The translations under genes and the position numbers were made by a program. A model generated the notes under the pieces. The model was not told the DNA's origin. It searched no databases and worked only from the letters and a program-made list of their open reading frames with translations. This document shows, one piece after another, positions 63,357 through 64,000 of a stretch of DNA of 64,000 nucleotides (position 1 is its first letter; the number at the start of each line of letters is the position of its first letter). The stretch is taken from positions 26,509 to 90,508 of IMG/VR virus record IMGVR_UViG_3300026292_000004. The stretch is one strand, 5' to 3'. Source of the stretch: a virus.

Positions 63357-63684
63357 TATTTGTTATATCATTGGGTAGATCTTCATTGCCTGGATGGTCC
63401 TTAATGACACCCTTATAATTCTTATGATTATAAAAATGCTCATCCTCTATTTCCATGTCATCCCACTCATGTGGATATACTAGCACATTTGTCTCCTTAT
63501 ATCCATGCATACTATTAGGATCTGCTCTCCTATTCATTGATACAGTAATATACTGGTCACCAATGAAATTAATAGTACCCTCTTCACCACTCTTTAACCT
63601 AACTGGCATTCCTCTCTTTAATGATTTAAGAATGTTTCTTATCTCCAATGGTACTGCCTCCGCTAAGAAAATAGGAATAGTCAT
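63325..63684 (-). CDS. Hypothetical protein, paralog of 52343..52546
   Basis: GTINFIGDQYIT...NVLVY...WDD. Confidence 0.65.
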   Translation of the reverse strand: MTIPIFLAEAVPLEIRNILKSLKRGMPVRLKSGEEGTINFIGDQYITVSMNRRADPNSMHGYKETNVLVYPHEWDDMEIEDEHFYNHKNYKGVIKDHPGNEDLPNDITNNENNDNSGQG

Positions 63685-64000
63685 AGTTTTAACTGATGGT
63701 CATCATAACCATAGTCACCCCTCAAAATATAATTAAATGCGATAGAATATCTATCCTCATTACTATTATTAACTCTAACAGCATGTGCTAGATGTGATGG
63801 AAATAATAATAACATACCTTCACTTACTGGTATCCTAGACTCCCTCATATTATATGTGTTATACTCTTTGACCTCTGGATATAGAGTCTGAGTACACCAC
63901 GTAGGGATCATAGATGGGACATAAAATGATATGTCACCACTATTAGGTGGACACTTGTAATACATAACGCCACTAAACATAGCATTATTATGGGCATGAC
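63681..64000 (-). CDS. Putative 2OG-Fe(II) oxygenase, TIGR02466-like (5' end outside the window)
   Basis: Frame open to the window edge: HAHNNAMFSGVMYY...EGMLLLFPSHLAHAV..N...EDRYSIAFN. Confidence 0.8.
   Translation of the reverse strand, partial: HAHNNAMFSGVMYYKCPPNSGDISFYVPSMIPTWCTQTLYPEVKEYNTYNMRESRIPVSEGMLLLFPSHLAHAVRVNNSNEDRYSIAFNYILRGDYGYDDHQLKL

Noticed and set aside
1-64000. tRNA/rRNA genes and photosynthesis or bilin genes (psbA, hli, pebS, cpeT)
   Set aside because: None recognisable by eye in this window; tRNAscan-SE and an HMM search would be needed to exclude them formally.

Overview
This window is from a T4-like marine cyanomyovirus (Kyanoviridae-type), judged from gene content, AT-richness and promoter motifs. 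Almost all genes are on the minus strand. Positions ~1-50070 form a late structural block with T4-type (T)ATAAATA late promoters. It encodes, in transcription order: small proteins, a 955-aa Cys-rich protein, a PAAR spike tip, a 44-aa Lys/Arg-rich peptide, a stand-alone SET-domain protein, gp25, gp6, a 9243-aa gp7-like wedge protein, a YHYH protein, a gp9/10-like protein, a 1145-aa wedge-associated protein, gp8 and a 2484-aa DUF4815/VrlC-like virion protein. Positions ~50200-64000 form an early/accessory block: many short ORFs, a GIY-YIG homing endonuclease (the only credible + strand gene), three 2OG-Fe(II) oxygenases, a HicA-like protein, an SF2 helicase with a nuclease-like partner, an amino-DNA methyltransferase and purC. 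Top observations: (1) phycobiliprotein-like helical repeats inside the giant baseplate protein, with both chromophore-Cys-like positions; (2) recursively nested domain insertions in that protein; (3) eight copies of a 22-bp palindromic operator at a near-fixed distance from early -10 boxes; (4) four perfect cyanobacterial-type DnaA boxes around the homing endonuclease; (5) two structured 5' leader RNAs. All family calls come from reading motifs by eye; no searches were run.
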